Shown here: one piece after another, positions 61,701-64,000 of the stretch
Layout: each line of letters starts with the position of its first letter
Position numbering within the stretch: the first letter of the stretch is position 1
Assembly (NCBI GenBank): GCA_001687465.1
Contig: LVLI01000118.1
Coordinates: 1 to 64,000, forward strand
Direction: 5' to 3'
Length of the DNA: 64,000 nucleotides
Source: Halocafeteria seosinensis
Lineage: Eukaryota
Notes under the pieces: model-generated
The model's database searches: none
What the model was told of the DNA's origin: nothing
What the model saw: only the letters and a program-made list of their open reading frames with translations
Position numbers and translations under genes: made by a program

Positions 61701-63871
61701 GCAAAACAAGGGTACTGGTGACACATGGGCTACAATACCTGGCAGCCTCCGACTATGTCTATGTTATGGAAAGGGGACGAATCACTGAGAATGGTACATA
61801 TCAGGAGCTGCTGAAACAGAAGAATACAGACAACACTTCTACTCTCATTCGTTTAGTGAACAGGTTTGAGACAGAAGCGAATGATGTGTACAACCGCGCT
61901 GCTGAACAAGCAGAGAAGGACCGCGCCAGCTCTGAAGGAATGGATGGCAGCCCAAAACAAAGTACAGCTGCACCCTTGAAGTCCAAAGCCAGTAAGCAAA
62001 ACGGCACTGCCTCCGGAGCAGCCAAACGAGATGGCAAGCTAATCAAAGAGGAAGAATCAGAAAAGGGTAATGTTTCGAAAAAGGTTTATCTGGCCTATGG
62101 AAGAGCCACGGGAGGATGTCTAGCTGTTACCATACTCTTTCTGTCTTTTGGATTCTACTCGGCTATGAATGTAATGGTTAATTGGTGGCTTTCCTATTGG
62201 AGCGACCATGCTCCTGAAACCGATGACTCAGGGGATGGGAAGTCGAATTTATACTATTACCGTATATACGTCGGGCTGTCTTTTGCTGCAATTTTCCTAC
62301 TTATTGTATCGCGTTTCTTCGTCGCGTTGCTAGGAATTCGTGCATCGAATGCTCTTCATGAACGTCTCATTCGGGTTATTTTGCATGCAATGCAAAGCTT
62401 CTTTGACACTACACCAGTGGGTAGGATTCTTAACAGATTTTCTCAGGATATCTATACCGTGGATGAGCGACTCCCAACAACGTTTTCGACGTTCCTTATG
62501 GTCTCTTTGAATGTGATCTCTACGCTAGTGGTTATTTCCACAATTACTCCGTGGTTTCTCGTTGCTCTGGTGCCTATTTTGGTTGTGTATATTTATATCC
62601 AAAGGTTTTACGTGACCACATCTCGAGAACTACGCAGATTGGACTCCGTTTCCAAATCTCCCATTTTCGCCAATTTTAGCCAAACTCTAAACGGGTTCGT
62701 AACGATTCGCGCCTATAACGAAAATGACAGGTTTATCCAAAGAAACGACGACTCATTAGACCGGAACCAACAGGCATATTTTATGTATACAACATCTAAC
62801 CGTTGGCTGGCTGTGCGTTTAGAGTTGATTGGTGCTCTAATCGTAGGGGGCTCGGCCCTCTTTGCTGTCATTGCCCGCGGTACAATCAACTCATCACTCG
62901 CTGGTTTGAGCATTAGTTACGCCTTGGGCATTACTCAAGCATTAAACTGGGTAATACGTATGGCTGGACAAGCGGAAACGTACATCGTCGCGGTTGAGCG
63001 TATCAACGAATATAGTTCTGTGGTAACGGAATGTGACCCAGATGAAACTCCGGAGGAAGCCTTAGAGGTTGCTGCTCAGGTCGGAGTGGACCAAACATGG
63101 CCGCAGAAAGGAGAAGTTTCAGTGAGAGATCTATCTTTGGCCTACAGAAGAGATGGCGACTATGTTTTGCATGATATTTCGTTCAAGATTCGTGGTTGTG
63201 AAAAAGTTGGTATCTGCGGCCGGACTGGTGCTGGAAAATCGAGCCTCGTATCTGCACTCTATCGGTTGGCGGATGTCCAAGAGGGCACTATCACTATCGA
63301 TGGCATAGACATCAGAACTATCCCCTTGAACGTTCTGAGGTCAAGAATTTCTATCATTCCTCAGGATCCCACCCTATTCAGTGGAACCCTCCGGCGCAAT
63401 CTGGATCCTTTGGAGAGACACAGTGATGCTGAGATTTGGAGGGCTCTGAGCCAGGTATCACTTGAAGAGCCAGTCCGAAAAGCGAATGAGCAGCTGAATA
63501 GTCCAGTAAGCGAAGGTGGAGAAAACTGGAGCGATGGACAAAGGCAGCTTATTTGTATGGCGCGGGCGTTACTCCGCAACTCTAAAATCATCATTCTAGA
63601 TGAGGCAACAGCTTCTGTTGACGTGGAAAGCGATGCCATTTTACAGCAAACAATACGGAACCAATTTAAAAACAACACTGTTATCACAATTGCGCACAGG
63701 GTACATACCATCTTGGATTCAGATAGAGTGATGGTACTGGATGACGGTGAAATCGCAGAGTTTGATTCACCATCCAGGCTCTTATCGAAATCAGGCTCAC
63801 TGTTCAGTGAACTGATGAAGTCAAGTAAGCAAGCGGCCGAGAAAGCACAAGAACAAGGCGGCGAAGAGTGA
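58737..63871 (+). CDS. ABC transporter subfamily C (MRP-type, with TMD0)
   Basis: NBD1: GTVGCGKSS, NLSGGQKQR, YLFDDPLSAVD. NBD2: GRTGAGKSS, WSDGQRQL, ILDEATASVD. Also FFDTTPVGRILNRFSQD. One intron at ~59232-59302; the start could instead be 58866. Confidence 0.95.
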
Positions 63872-64000
63872 GTGACGCGCGAAAAGCCTGCGGCCTCGTA
63901 GTTTCGCTTGTATAGACACTTGTGAAACCAGAAAATACACTCTTTCTGGCTGACGTGAAGCCAAGAGTTACCAACCCAAGTTGAAGTACATTGAATGATT

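Overview
Gene-dense eukaryotic nuclear DNA with short GT-AG introns (mostly ~55-120 nt) and very short intergenic gaps. Two tubular-mastigoneme-type EGF genes and a dynein regulatory complex gene point to a flagellated stramenopile (inference; no species call made). About 19 apparently intact genes: TMEM260, an AP2x2-PHD-C2H2 protein, an intronless EarP-like GT-B glycosyltransferase candidate, CWF19L2, a 3R-MYB, two head-to-head mastigoneme genes, CUL3, a fused YeeE/YedE sulfur transporter, DRC9/IQCG, ETHE1, importin alpha, a PanK/UK-like P-loop kinase, a DUF179 protein, bacterial-type TrmL, TRM8/METTL1, TRAPPC9-like, a PPxY membrane protein and an ABCC/MRP transporter, plus two unknown proteins. 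There are two decaying accessory zones. At 1-4 kb lie a hAT relic and a hidden 44-aa chromodomain ORF. At 34-42.5 kb lie four broken paralogues of an LRR family with an unrecognised N-terminal domain, one carrying a hAT-style excision footprint and one truncated by an RNase H-chromodomain element. All calls come from manual motif recognition and splice reading; no database searches were run.
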